DNA of 63,875 nt, filler included, from Octopus bimaculoides (taxonomy: Eukaryota): NCBI RefSeq assembly GCF_001194135.2. It is 6 parts of 3 records of this genome, joined end to end, with 100 filler letters (N's around TTAATTAATTAA, not from the genome) between each part and the next. Parts side by side here need not be neighbours in the genome. Positions count along the whole stretch, not along the records: positions 20,187 to 40,524 come from NC_068991.1; 5 more parts are not named here. The stretch is one strand, 5' to 3'. A program made the position numbers and the translations under genes. Below the pieces are notes generated by a model. It searched no databases. It saw only the letters and a list, made by a program, of their open reading frames with translations, and was not told the DNA's origin. Below are positions 26,116 through 38,184 of this stretch, one piece after another. How positions within the stretch are numbered: the first letter of the stretch is position 1; the number at the start of each line of letters is the position of its first letter.

Positions 26116-26914
26116 TACTATATATAAGAAAGCATATGAAACAAAAATACCAAGCTCTCAGTAAAATGATGCAGTTCAACTACATACTTTACAAGAACAT
26201 GAAGCATATAGACTAATTGAAGGCTACTATCGAAGTGAAACTGCATGCAGTTGACCATTTATATATCTATGTCTACTGCCAAACCCAGCCACTCAACCTT
26301 GTTACGGTCGACGGCTCAAAAGTTGTAAAGGCCACTAGATAAATGATCGCCTTACTACAGCAACTGTAGTTGCCTACTGTGCAGAGGTATTTTAGCAATT
26401 AAGTTTTTCCCTTACCAATTAAGCCTTCAGCAAAGCCGCTAAAAATTTCTTCAAAGGTTCCGAACGCAGTAATGAACTGACAACCAGTTGAATTTGGTTG
26501 GAACAATGATGTGAAGAGACACAGAATTAATTATGGAACATACAATCAAACGGATGGTGAAACATGCGATCAAGCCGCAAACCATTTATCATATGAGAGA
26601 CAAATAGCCACAAAGATGACCGATATATCGTGGAGATACTCGACGTTTGCTGTATGACCTTCATTCTTGTTTTACTTTGGATATCTGACGCCAGTTTTCT
26701 GTAGAAATCTGTGATGGCGATCTTTTCCCACCATAGTCTCAAAAGAGGCCAAATACCTGAAATTTAATATTATGAAATTCGTGGCAGAATCATATCAGCT
26801 GAACATGAATAACACGGAACCAGTGTGTTTACAAGTCGAAGCGTCTTACTTAGATGTGTCACACGTTTTAAATTCATTGACCGAGTTACTTAGGTTTTTT
26901 TTTTTTTTCTACAG

Positions 26915-26967
26915 GGATGCCTTTCATGAACTCTTCAGACTGCTTCAAATGACTGTAAACACTATCC
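26915..26967 (+). other. Candidate internal exon (53 nt)
   Basis: T-run followed by ctacag| acceptor and |gtaagc donor. Only one frame is open (DAFHELFRLLQMTVNTI), and it is phase-compatible with 23635-23677. Confidence 0.4.
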
Positions 26968-27871
26968 GTAAGCTGTGCTTCCTGAAACGTAGATTTTCCA
27001 AGTTGCGGATAATCTGTGAAATGAAATGATCGTCAACAGACTGGACAATTTAGGCACGTATGCCATTGGGAGACGATTTGTCTACAGTTTGAATTTTCAA
27101 TAATTCATCCTTCTTTCCGCGGCAAATCACTAAGAACGTAAGAATTGTCGCTATTTGTCACTGCAATCTACAACCCAATCTTTCACGTGTCGGGTATTTT
27201 TTTTTAAATTTTAACTTTGCAATGAAATTGATGAGTGACTTCATATTTCATATATTGCATAAAATCGAATTCCGCCGTGGTCGACTTTGCATTTCATCCT
27301 TTCGGGGTCGACAAATTAAGTACAAGTGAAACACTGCAGTCAATGTAATCGACTAGTCTCCCCTCCTCCAAATTCCAAGCCTTCTTCCTATATTAGAAAG
27401 GATTATTACTTTATGCACCAGTTGTCGTGGTATTCTGGCCGAATTTTGCCCGGGTTGGTTCGAAATGTTGATGCCGTCTCTGTTTAACTTCATATCAGCC
27501 TCGTTAAGTTTAACACGGTTCAGCCGTGGCCACCTGGTATATGTTATAGAGTGTGTATCTAAAACTGAGGTAGCTTAACAGAATAGTAAAGTGCCGAACA
27601 AAATGCCTTTCAGTATATGTTTCGGCGTTTTTACGATTTGAGTTCATATCCCGCAGCTTTCAACTCTGTCTTTTATTATTCTGGAATTAATAAAAAAAAA
27701 AAAAATATATGAAAATCAGAGGATTTGCGAAATTGTTCGAGCGTTTCACAAAATGCCATGTAGCAGTTGCTTTGGCTTATTTACGTTCTGAATTTACGGG
27801 CGATGTCATTGGAATCGGCTCCTAGATATCCCCTCGGGATTTATGTTTAACAATCAATTGTTAGTCATCCT

Positions 27872-28570
27872 TTAACCCTCAAAAACACGGAAGTGACCGT
27901 AGCACTCCTTTTTGTTTTGGAGCCATTTATTTTAATGTAAAATTATTATTTGATTTAAATTAATGGTGCTGTAAATTAATACTATATCTTGAATTTCTTA
28001 TCCCAATTTTTTGGTTTAAAAAAGTTTGAGTTTGAGCTTTAAATATAAGAAAGTACCGTTCCGGAAAAAAAACCATAGACTGGACTTCTGTGGTCCTGTG
28101 AATAGTGTGTCTTACTTTGTAGATAACAATAAATACAGATTAAGAAATATATTATCGAGTTTTCCTTAATTTTCAGGAACTTCTATGATACATTTGACAA
28201 GTTGATTAGATACTATTCGGTAAAACGAGTACCCCACAAAGATGGCCAATGGCAGTGTTTTCCAACCTGATTGATACAATAGCATACAATACTTTTTTGT
28301 TATATAATCGAAAAGAATTCACAATTCAAACAGAACCAACACTAATCTCGATGCGAATTTCTTAAAATATTAACTGAAGAACTCCTTGGTGATGAAGAAC
28401 CTAAAGAAATAATTTCAGTTACCAAAAGAGAAAAAAAGCAGGTAATTCACAAGTAATTTGCAGGATTTGTCCTTTAGGAAAAAAGAAAAAAAGAGTAGAA
28501 TCTGCTATCAAAAATGTCAGTTTTGCTACAGAGATGAAACAGTTTTATATTTGTAATGTATGAATGATTT
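27872..28570 (+). mobile_element. Internally deleted piggyBac remnant
   Basis: TTAA|CCCT left end at 27872-27879. Frameshifted C-terminal transposase: DTFDKLIRYYSVKR.../RWPMAVFSNLIDTIAYNTFLLY.../EFLKILTEELL.../CRICP...KC..FC...ICNV (Cys-rich domain). No right end was found. Confidence 0.8.
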
Positions 28571-29022
28571 TTTTAATGTTTTGTATATTATAGATTTTTC
28601 AATGAAAACTTGCCTTGGTCCACTATGATCACGTTCATGTCTTTATGTAACTTTGTTTTTCTTGTTTTCAAAGCTTAAAAACCTTATGCAATCCCATGTC
28701 AAGGAGAGAAATTTTTCAAATGAAGATATATGGTCAATTCTGATAGACGAAGGCCTTCAGACTGTTGAGTGTGATTTTAAGGAAATATAGCTGTTACTTT
28801 TAGACTGTCGAATGAACACATGCACAATTCCCTCATTAGCTTGTGGTTTTCCGTGTTAGCATTAATCCCAAGTCAGTTATGATCTAGGAGCTCTATAATC
28901 AAATGTGTTACTGCAACTGTAAGAAACGTATATTTATTCCAAACAAAATATATCGACTCATAAATTATCTAATGTACCCTTCTCCTATGTTAATTTCTTA
29001 AGGATTTTTCTTCTCTTTCTAG

Positions 29023-29360
29023 CTGCCGAAACGACCGCATAGACATTCCTTCGTTGATGGTTTTTGTGCTATATCCAGTTGCTTTAGCACAAAGCTATTT
29101 ATTGTAGAGAAGATGGAAACAATAATACGAGATAAAGTAGAAGCATTACGCGGCTGTTTGTCCATCTTCAAACAAACAGTGACTGATGATGCAACTGAGA
29201 AATCAATTGAATAGATTGTTAAGATAATTAGATAATTTACTTCACTGATGAACACAGGATGAAAACATCACATGAAAGATGAGAGTGTGACACGCTACGT
29301 TGAAATTATTGTTGGATGTTATTTGCAACACAGAACATGCATGTAGTAGAATAAACAGTT
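29023..29360 (+). other. Candidate terminal exon
   Basis: Acceptor tttttcttctctttctag|. A stop falls at 29040-29042 in the compatible phase, with AATAAA at ~29350. Confidence 0.25.
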
Positions 29361-29373
29361 CCATCATGCGTAC

Positions 29374-29455
29374 GTGCAACCATAGCAACCAAGTTTCCAT
29401 AGCAACCACAGCAATTATGGTATCCAACGCAACCACAGCAATTTCAGCCAATCAG
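29374..29455. promoter_or_regulatory. Cluster of X-box (RFX)-like motifs plus CCAAT box
   Basis: GTTTCCATAGCAAC at 29393-29406, degenerate copies at 29376-29389 and 29420-29433, and AGCCAATCAG at 29446-29455. Motif match only. Confidence 0.3.
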
Positions 29456-30044
29456 AACTCCGCATTTAAGAATCGTTGGTTCATATACTTTATTTCTCTC
29501 ATTTCGCCAATCCATTTGTCTTTTTCTCTCGTGTATGTTTGTGTGTGTATATGTTCATGGATGAATGCACGCACACACATATACACATACACGTATATGT
29601 ATATATGTATGTATGTATTTATACTATAAATAATATTATATAAGTACGTATAATGTATATACATACATCAATATACAATATGTGTATATATTACCAGCAT
29701 GGCCACAGTCAAATGACTGAAACAAGTAAAAGAGTAAAAGAATATATATATATATATATATATANNNNNNNNNNNNNNNNNNNNNNNNNTTCATCGATCC
29801 GGATAAGATGAAAGGCGGAATTTGATCTCAGGACGTAAAGTCGAACGAAATACTGCTAACCATCTTGCCCGGCGTGCTAATGATTCTGCCAGCGCGCTGC
29901 TTTATATACAGTGTATATATTATGTTTTGTTGCAGTGGGGAGGGTCACACTAAAAAGCGAAATATTATATAATACATACACACACGCATGCATACATACA
30001 TACATACATACATACATACATACATACATACATACATACAATAA

Positions 30045-30545
30045 AAAGGAATACTGGTGGAATGTACTAGTGAAGACCTGAATAAAATGTAAGCACAACA
30101 GACCTTATAAATAATTTGGGATAGAGAAGAGAAACTATGCACAGTTGTGGAAATTAGCTGCCCAGCGGATGTTAACCTAAAGCTGAAGATCAATGAAAAA
30201 TTAGAATAGATATGCTGAACTATTGAGAAATCTGCATTTACTCTATCCAGATTACAAGTTCAGGTTTATATCTGTTATTATTGGGGCCCTGGGATATGTA
30301 ACACACTGCCTAAATACTAATCTTGAGAAATTAGGCTTCTCAAAACAGGAAGGAGAAAGCTACTCCAATCCATCACTGGAACTGTAAAAATCTGTAAAAC
30401 TTTCCAGAAGTTTATCATTTAAATATATAAACGAGCATGTCTAAATATGCAACTATATGCATGAGAATACATGCATAAAACATACAAATCTGCACATACA
30501 TACATACATACATATATACATACATACATACATACATATATACAT
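30045..30545 (+). mobile_element. 5'-truncated RLE-type LINE between two (TACA)n tracts
   Basis: Translates to EYWWNVLVKT*IKCKHNRP...IWDREEKLCTVVEISCPADVN...YAELLRNLHLLYPDYKFRFISVIIGALGYV...TGTVKICKTFQKFII*. (TACA)n lies at 29991-30040 and ~30495-30552. Confidence 0.9.
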
Positions 30546-30783
30546 ACATACTTATATCGTTTTGATTACATACTGAGTTGGATGGGTAGTATGTTTGCAA
30601 AATTATTTCCATGTTAAATTCGGCACATGTAGCATCCAAAGCCAAGAGGTTATTTTATTCTGTCATGTTGGATGACCATCGTATATGTATGAATGTGGGT
30701 ATATGTGTACGTGTGTGTGAGTGAGAGAGTGCGAGTTGTGAGTGTGTTTTTGTGGGTACCTGCGCATACCTCACATGTACAAT

Positions 30784-30838
<55 letters not shown>

Positions 30839-33643
30839 GTACGTATGTATAATACATCCTCTATATCCTTTACACACACAGACACATACACACGCGCGCA
30901 TATATATATATATCATGTTATATTACATTATATTATATTCTATATGTGTGCGTGTGTGCATTTGCGTGAGTGTTATTGCTTGAGTGTGTGTGCGCGTGTG
31001 TGTACTTATAAGTAGATACATACTTTTAACGCATAGTAAATTTACTATAATTTAAGCATAATACGAATGGTTTAACACTTGTTCGTTGTAAATAAAGTCA
31101 AAATAAAATCAGTTTTAACTCCCTGTTATAAAGTATAATAAAACCATAGCATGTTTGGTGGTTAAGTTAACATATTAAATTTATTACGAAATATAGCGTT
31201 ATTGTTATTTTAACGGTATGGAAGCCTGCTATTTTATACAATTAATTTCAAAGATATTGTTACCAACATTTCTTACTGCAATGTTTTATAGTATATTGCA
31301 TGATTCTGAACCTTCTTTGTTTCACCCTCCAAAAATAACAACCAGATTTCATCTGCAATCATATAAGCATAGAACTTATTGGGTAGTATACTCCCGAATA
31401 CAATATAATGGAATACCACTGATCATATCGTTTGCTAGATCAGGTCTGTTCCGAGGTTTAATACCAGCAATCTCTATAAGCACAAGCCAACTTATGTACG
31501 AATGTGTGATGGTTCTATCCGCTTAAATAGCAGCCAAATCTTCTTTCGGCTACAACATGCCACCGTATAATGGAAGAAACTCATCGGACAAAGTAGACTG
31601 GAACTCTCTGAGGTTGAAACATAAGGCGAACAAATCAGGATTTCAACCTTTTTCCATTCTAGATTTCTGCTTGTTAACGGCTGACCTGAAGCTACGAAAT
31701 AATAACTACGAGATTATTTCTATTGTGTATTTCAGTAATCGTAAAATACATTCTATGGAAATATAGCACGTATTTTATAGCGTACACTGATAGATTGCTT
31801 TGACTCGATTATTAGAGCTATAAAAGCAATACTGATTTTCTGTTAAGTTTAAATGTCATCAATATGGTGGCGGTTCATCATCTATAGTGATTCTATTCAG
31901 TTTGAAAAATCTCTTTATAATGTGTATCGTGCGAGAAATTCTTTTGATGATTCAAATGGTTTTGAGTACAAACGAAAATATCACGAAGCAACGAGAAGAG
32001 CCTTTATGCAGTCGCTTGACCTGCTAGAAATAACAACCAAATCTCTCTCAAACTACAAGATATTTAAAAAGGACACATTGGATAAAATAATTAGAGCACA
32101 TTTTGGGGGTTGGTTACAATATTAACACATTTAAGATCGAGAACGACTGTACAACAACAAGAACAACCATGTAAGTCAACACAGTTCTGTCAGACGTCAG
32201 ATTCTCTTTCAGTTTCACTGAAGTCGAAACTTCTTACGCCTAATGATTAGCATAGGTTTGAGTTTGATATTCTCCCGAAGTTGCCAAGATTTTACTCCTT
32301 TCCTTATGCTTTAACTATATCGGCTGCTATGTTCTGTTAAAATTTCCAAGTGTCTAACTGATAAATACAAGTGTGAGTTATGCTTCTGCATAAACGTTAC
32401 ATTTCTCATCCTGCTATATTTACAAAACAAAGTTAGTTTTCTAGTTAACTTTTCCAATATGTTTTCGTTTGCTTTCGTAACTTTAATATGAATTACAATA
32501 GTTCCGCCTTTCTGAAATCTCATATGAAATACTATTTGTACAGTTGTCACAAAGGCCGGCATTGTTGTTGACTGACAGAAGCAGTCATTGCATCAATCGG
32601 ACGTTTAACATAATCACAAAGTAGACAACCTCTGGGAATCTTCTTGTCATAATAAATAAAAACTATGAGAACTAACGTGAATGCCTAATTGAACTTTCAG
32701 CAGTTGACCTTTTGTGAGAATGTCGACAAAACACTTTGCTAAAATGGTGCATATCTTTGTATAACGCTTGTTTGTGAATAGTTTCAATATGCGGCATGAA
32801 GCAAAGACGTGATAGACAGATCGATATACAATTGGACATTTTCTGTTGCATAGTGACTTTAAAGAAATATATTCTTTATCGGGTAACGGAAAATTTTTGT
32901 TATGAATTGTAGTTACGAACTATTATTGCAAAAGTGCTGCAGTTTTGTCGCGAACTGAATGAAACAGAAACACTCACACACTCACGAGCGCGCGTAATGG
33001 GTATTCCTGGTGTTAGTTCCGATCTCAACCTCGTCACTAATGCTGCATTCTTCTATGGGTAACATTCTAAAGTTTTAACACAACTCTTATTTCTCCTTCG
33101 CCTCGCGTTCAAGATGGTTCCTACTATCAATTTCAAGCATGTTTTATACCTTTTGCCTTTTGGAGAGCTTCATAGATAGCCGGGGAACAAACACTGGAAT
33201 TGTTTTCACTGCTTCCATGATTTTGTCGGCGAAAGAACTCTCCCACACAAACACACACACACACATTCACACACACATATACATACACACACACATGCTT
33301 GTTTATGATTGTCCCCCAAATTCGGAGATGACAATCTGAATTCTTTAATTACTACTTTTTAAGCAACAGCAGCAAAAAGAGATCGCAGCTGCATAAGCAA
33401 CCAAAACATCGAGACAGCAACCCTCTCTGTTACACCTACTGCATTGTCTTCACGAATAAGGAAACTGTAGAAGTGTAAGTATTCCATCGACTACCTTAGT
33501 GGCTCGCCATTTGACACAAGGATGCCCCTGCAGCTCCGTTAGGAATAAAGAGCTCTAAGACCACCATATACATATGTGTAAATATGTATGTATTATGGAG
33601 AGAAATATCTAGAAGAGGGCTAATTAACTGGGTAACTAACCAC

Positions 33644-33680
<37 letters not shown>

Positions 33681-33699
33681 GATCGATCTAGATAGATAA

Positions 33700-33772
<73 letters not shown>

Positions 33773-34868
33773 NNNNNNNNNNNNNNNNNNNNNNNNNNNN
33801 NNNNNNNNNNNNNNNNNNNNNNNNNNNNNNNNNNNNNNNNNNNNNNNNNNNNNNNNNNNNNNNNNNNNNNNNNNNNNNNNNNNNNNNNNNNNNNNNNNNN
33901 NNNNNNNNNNNNNNNNNNNNNNNNNNNNNNNNNNNNNNNNNNNNNNNNNNNNNNNNNNNNNNNNNNNNNNNNNNNNNNNNNNNNNNNNNNNNNNNNNNNN
34001 NNNNNNNNNNNNNNNNNNNNNNNNNNNNNNNNNNNNNNNNNNNNNNNNNNNNNNNNNNNNNNNNNNNNNNNNNNNNNNNNNNNNNNNNNNNNNNNNNNNN
34101 NNNNNNNNNNNNNNNNNNNNNNNNNNNNNNNNNNNNNNNNNNNNNNNNNNNNNNNNNNNNNNNNNNNNNNNATATATATATATATACATATGTATATACA
34201 TAAACTAGGAGGCCGGTTTACGGGATTACCCCGGGTTTCCCGTCATAAAGGTTTTGGCTTTATGGCGTATCGTCAGATCCCAAAATGTGTTGGCCTAAGA
34301 GAGAAACAGAGTGGGAGAGGCACACATTTGCTTTATGAATAATGTTCGTACTGCAAACATTATCAAGTCAATAACAAAGGGCGAATCATTCAAAATCCGT
34401 TCGTGAATCGAACTTTGTGATGGTGTAGAGACAACAAAGAATTATACAGATGCAATAACGGCCACCTCAGTACATAGATAAAAAGCGAAAAGGAAAAGGT
34501 CAAGTGAATCAGTGCTATATTCAATGAACGCACGAATAATAAGAATAGGTTTCCGGTGAACCGACTCAGCAGTTTGGTTTCAAGAGACAGCTGAGCGAGT
34601 AGGTTGCTTTTACCTTGCGCAAAGCTGCACGCCATTTGCAATTTGCATTCTTTCTTTCTTTCTTTCTTACTTTATTTATTTATTTCGGTAGCAAGAATCG
34701 AGATCTCGTATTTAGAGTACGAAGGCAGAGGTGGGTGCATGTGTGTGTGTGTGTGTGTACGAGTATGTGGGGCGTGTACAATTATATATAATTATGTATG
34801 TGTGTATATACACAAAAGGGGAGAGAATGAGATAGACAAGAGATAGATGAATAGAGAGACAGACCAAC

Positions 34869-35030
<162 letters not shown>

Positions 35031-35243
35031 ACAGTCTATTCAAGAATTTTGACAGTCAACAAATGCTGAACGGTATATTTGGGGGACTCGAAGAGGAAGC
35101 TTGTCTTTTGATATAAAGTATTCTTCATGGTTACACATATGCAAATTAACATGATTGATCATCGGAAATTGTATGACACGTGACATTTATAGCGACATTG
35201 AAAAATTCAATTGTTTGTGTTCATATGTGTGGGGGGGCGGGGG

Positions 35244-35279
<36 letters not shown>

Positions 35280-35971
35280 GGAGAGTATAGAAATGTGTGT
35301 GCCCTCGAAGACTAGACAGCTTCGTCTTTATTGGAGGATGATTTCGAAATTTGTAAATGGAGGTAGCCTAGGTTTGGCTGATGTTTCCCTTGTGAGTGAA
35401 TAAATNNNNNNNNNNNNNNNNNNNNNNNNNNNNNNNNNNNNNNNNNNNNNNNNNNNNNNNNNNNNNNNNNNNNNNNNNNNNNNNNNNNNNNNNNNNNNNN
35501 NNNNNNNNNNNNNNNNNNNNNNNNNNNNNNNNNNNNNNNNNNNNNNNNNNNNNNNNNNNNNNNNNNNNNNNNNNNNNNNNNNNNNNNNNNNNNNNNNNNN
35601 NNNNNNNNNNNNNNNNNNNNNNNNNNNNNNNNNNNNNNNNNNNNNNNNNNNNNNNNNNNNNNNNNNNNNNNNNNNNNNNNNNNNNNNNNNNNNNNNNNNN
35701 NNNNNNNNNNNNNNNNNNNNNNNNNNNNNNNNNNNNNNNNNNNNNNNNNNNNNNNNNNNNNNNNNNNNNNNNNNNNNNNNNNNNNNNNNNNNNNNNNNNN
35801 NNNNNNNNNNNNNNNNNNNNNNNNNNNNNNNNNNNNNNNNNNNNNNNNNNNNNNNNNNNNNNNNNNNNNNNNNNNNNNNNNNNNNNNNNNNNNNNNNNNN
35901 NNNNNNNNNNNNNNNNNNNNNNNNNNNNNNNNNNNNNNNNNNNNNNNNNNNNNNNNNNNNNNNNNNNNNNN

Positions 35972-36002
<31 letters not shown>

Positions 36003-37789
36003 ACCCATGAAGGATGAAATGCAGAGCTGACCTCGGAGTAATTTGATACCAGAAAAGAAAACAATCGGAATGATTACTTTGAAGCCTTTGGCCCAATAAT
36101 CTACCAACTCAGCCAACACGCCACATGTGCAACACTAAAAATTGAATAGTATTAGTTTTGGTAGAGAAACTTGCGTTTGTTAGAAGTGACAGTAAGGTCA
36201 TGAACGTTCAAAGCAAGTTTGATGAGAAAGATTAAACACATAAACAAAATGTCACCACAATTCTGTTTTCTTCCAATCATTCGAGACATAACTGAAATGG
36301 CTTCAAAAAGAATTCTAAAACAAATCGCAGTTCAGTGGACCATGAACTTGAGTCCTTAGAAACCGTAAAATTTCATGAATTGGCATTATTTAAGTTTTAT
36401 ATATTTGATATCAATAATGGTTTTATCTTGACAAGTCATTTAATCATCTTCATCCTTGCTAATCGAACTTTTCATTTACAAGTAAAAAGCAGTCGTTTTT
36501 CTGAAGCACAAACGATAGTGATTTTTTTCTTTTCCTTTTCGCCTTCTTTTCTTCTTTTTGTTAATGCTACCTTCACCCTAAACGTATAACAGTCACGGAT
36601 AAAGCTCTGTCCGTGTGCAAGAAATCAGTACTGCGAAAATTGATCCTCGATGATTTCCGTTCTATATGAACAACAAGAAGCATTTTTCAGAGCTTACTAT
36701 TTATAAACAGCAATAAATTTCAATACGTAGACAACGATATTCATTTCCACGGGACGTATGTACTATTGCAAAATTAACTGATACATAACATGCTACGGAT
36801 CAAATTCCATACGTATATGCAACACACACACACACACACACAACCATATACATACACGGAGGCATACATATACACACAAACATACATACATAGTATATAT
36901 ATATACGTATATATACATATATATATATGTATGTATATATATATANNNNNNNNNNNNNNNNNNNNNNNNNNNNNNNNNNNNNNNNNNNNNNNNNNNNNNN
37001 NNNNNNNNNNNNNNNNNNNNNNNNNNNNNNNNNNNNNNNNNNNNNNNNNNNNNNNNNNNNNNNNNNNNNNNNNNNNNNNNNNNNNNNNNNNNNNNNNNNN
37101 NNNNNNNNNNNNNNNNNNNNNNNNNNNNNNNNNNNNNNNNNNNNNNNNNNNNNNNNNNNNNNNNNNNNNNNNNNNNNNNNNNNNNNNNNNNNNNNNNNNN
37201 NNNNNNNNNNNNNNNNNNNNNNNNNNNNNNNNNNNNNNNNNNNNNNNNNNNNNNNNNNNNNNNNNNNNNNNNNNNNNNNNNNNNNNNNNNNNNNNNNNNN
37301 NNNNNNNNNNNNNNNNNNNNNNNNNNNNNNNNNNNNNNNNNNNNNNNNNNNNNNNNNNNNNNNNNNNNNNNNNNNNNNNNNNNNNNNNNNNNNNNNNNNN
37401 NNNNNNNNNNNNNNNNNNNNNNNNNNNNNNNNNNNNNNNNNNNNNNNNNNNNNNNNNNNNNNNNNNNNNNNNNNNNNNNNNNNNNNNNNNNNNNNNNNNN
37501 NNNNNNNNNNNNNNNNNNNNNNNNNNNNNNNNNNNNNNNNNNNNNNNNNNNNNNNNNATTAATCCCAATTTTTGTAAGCAGTTATATCCGTAAAAATGTT
37601 ATATGCAGAGAGCAGAAATTGAAAGATATATGAAATGGACGCGCGTGTGTGTGTGTATGTGAGAGAGAAAGAGAGTGAGAAAGAGAGATAGAGTGAATGA
37701 GTGAAGGTGTGTGTCATTGACTTACGTTGGCTGGCACGGAGATATGAAACGTTTGAAGTGGCAGATGACTGGGGTGATTTGGATGTGAA

Positions 37790-38150
37790 GAAATACCGTC
37801 TTTTCAGTGGAGCGCTTCTTTGTAGGCAACGTTTCTCGTTTTCCCTTCTGATGCACAAATGTATAGACTTTGTGGCCTGCCAACATGGGAACATCCAACG
37901 TAATGTTGACCGTGGGAGAACACATGCTCTGTGAGATTTAAAACAGCCATTTGCAGTGATTGACCCTGTACCTTATTTATTGCCATTGCAAAGGAGAGTT
38001 AGATAGGAAATTGAAGCCGCTTAAAGTTGTAGATCGTATCGGAGGGAGGGATGGAGGGAGGGACATTGGAGTTATAAGAACATCTTGATCAGCGGCTGGT
38101 CCATTCAAGATGGTTGCCTGTAAAACTAGGGAGTATAAGTTTCGATTATC
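37790..38150 (-). mobile_element. Helitron Rep/Helicase C-terminal (Pif1-like) pseudogene fragment
   Basis: Translates to LQATILNGPAADQDVLI / YNFKRLQFPI*LSFAMAINKVQGQSLQMAVLNLTEHVFSHGQHYVGCSHVG...KTRNVAYKEAL*. These are the canonical RxQFP...FAMTINKxQGQSL...FSHGQLYVxxSRV motifs. Confidence 0.93.
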
Positions 38151-38184
38151 ATGCGCGTGCCGCAGCAGCATGATGGCCGCCCTT

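Noticed and set aside
31853-32125. 90-aa ORF MSSIWWRF...
   Set aside because: Its 3' third is a copy of the ~200-bp dispersed repeat, and no domain is recognisable.
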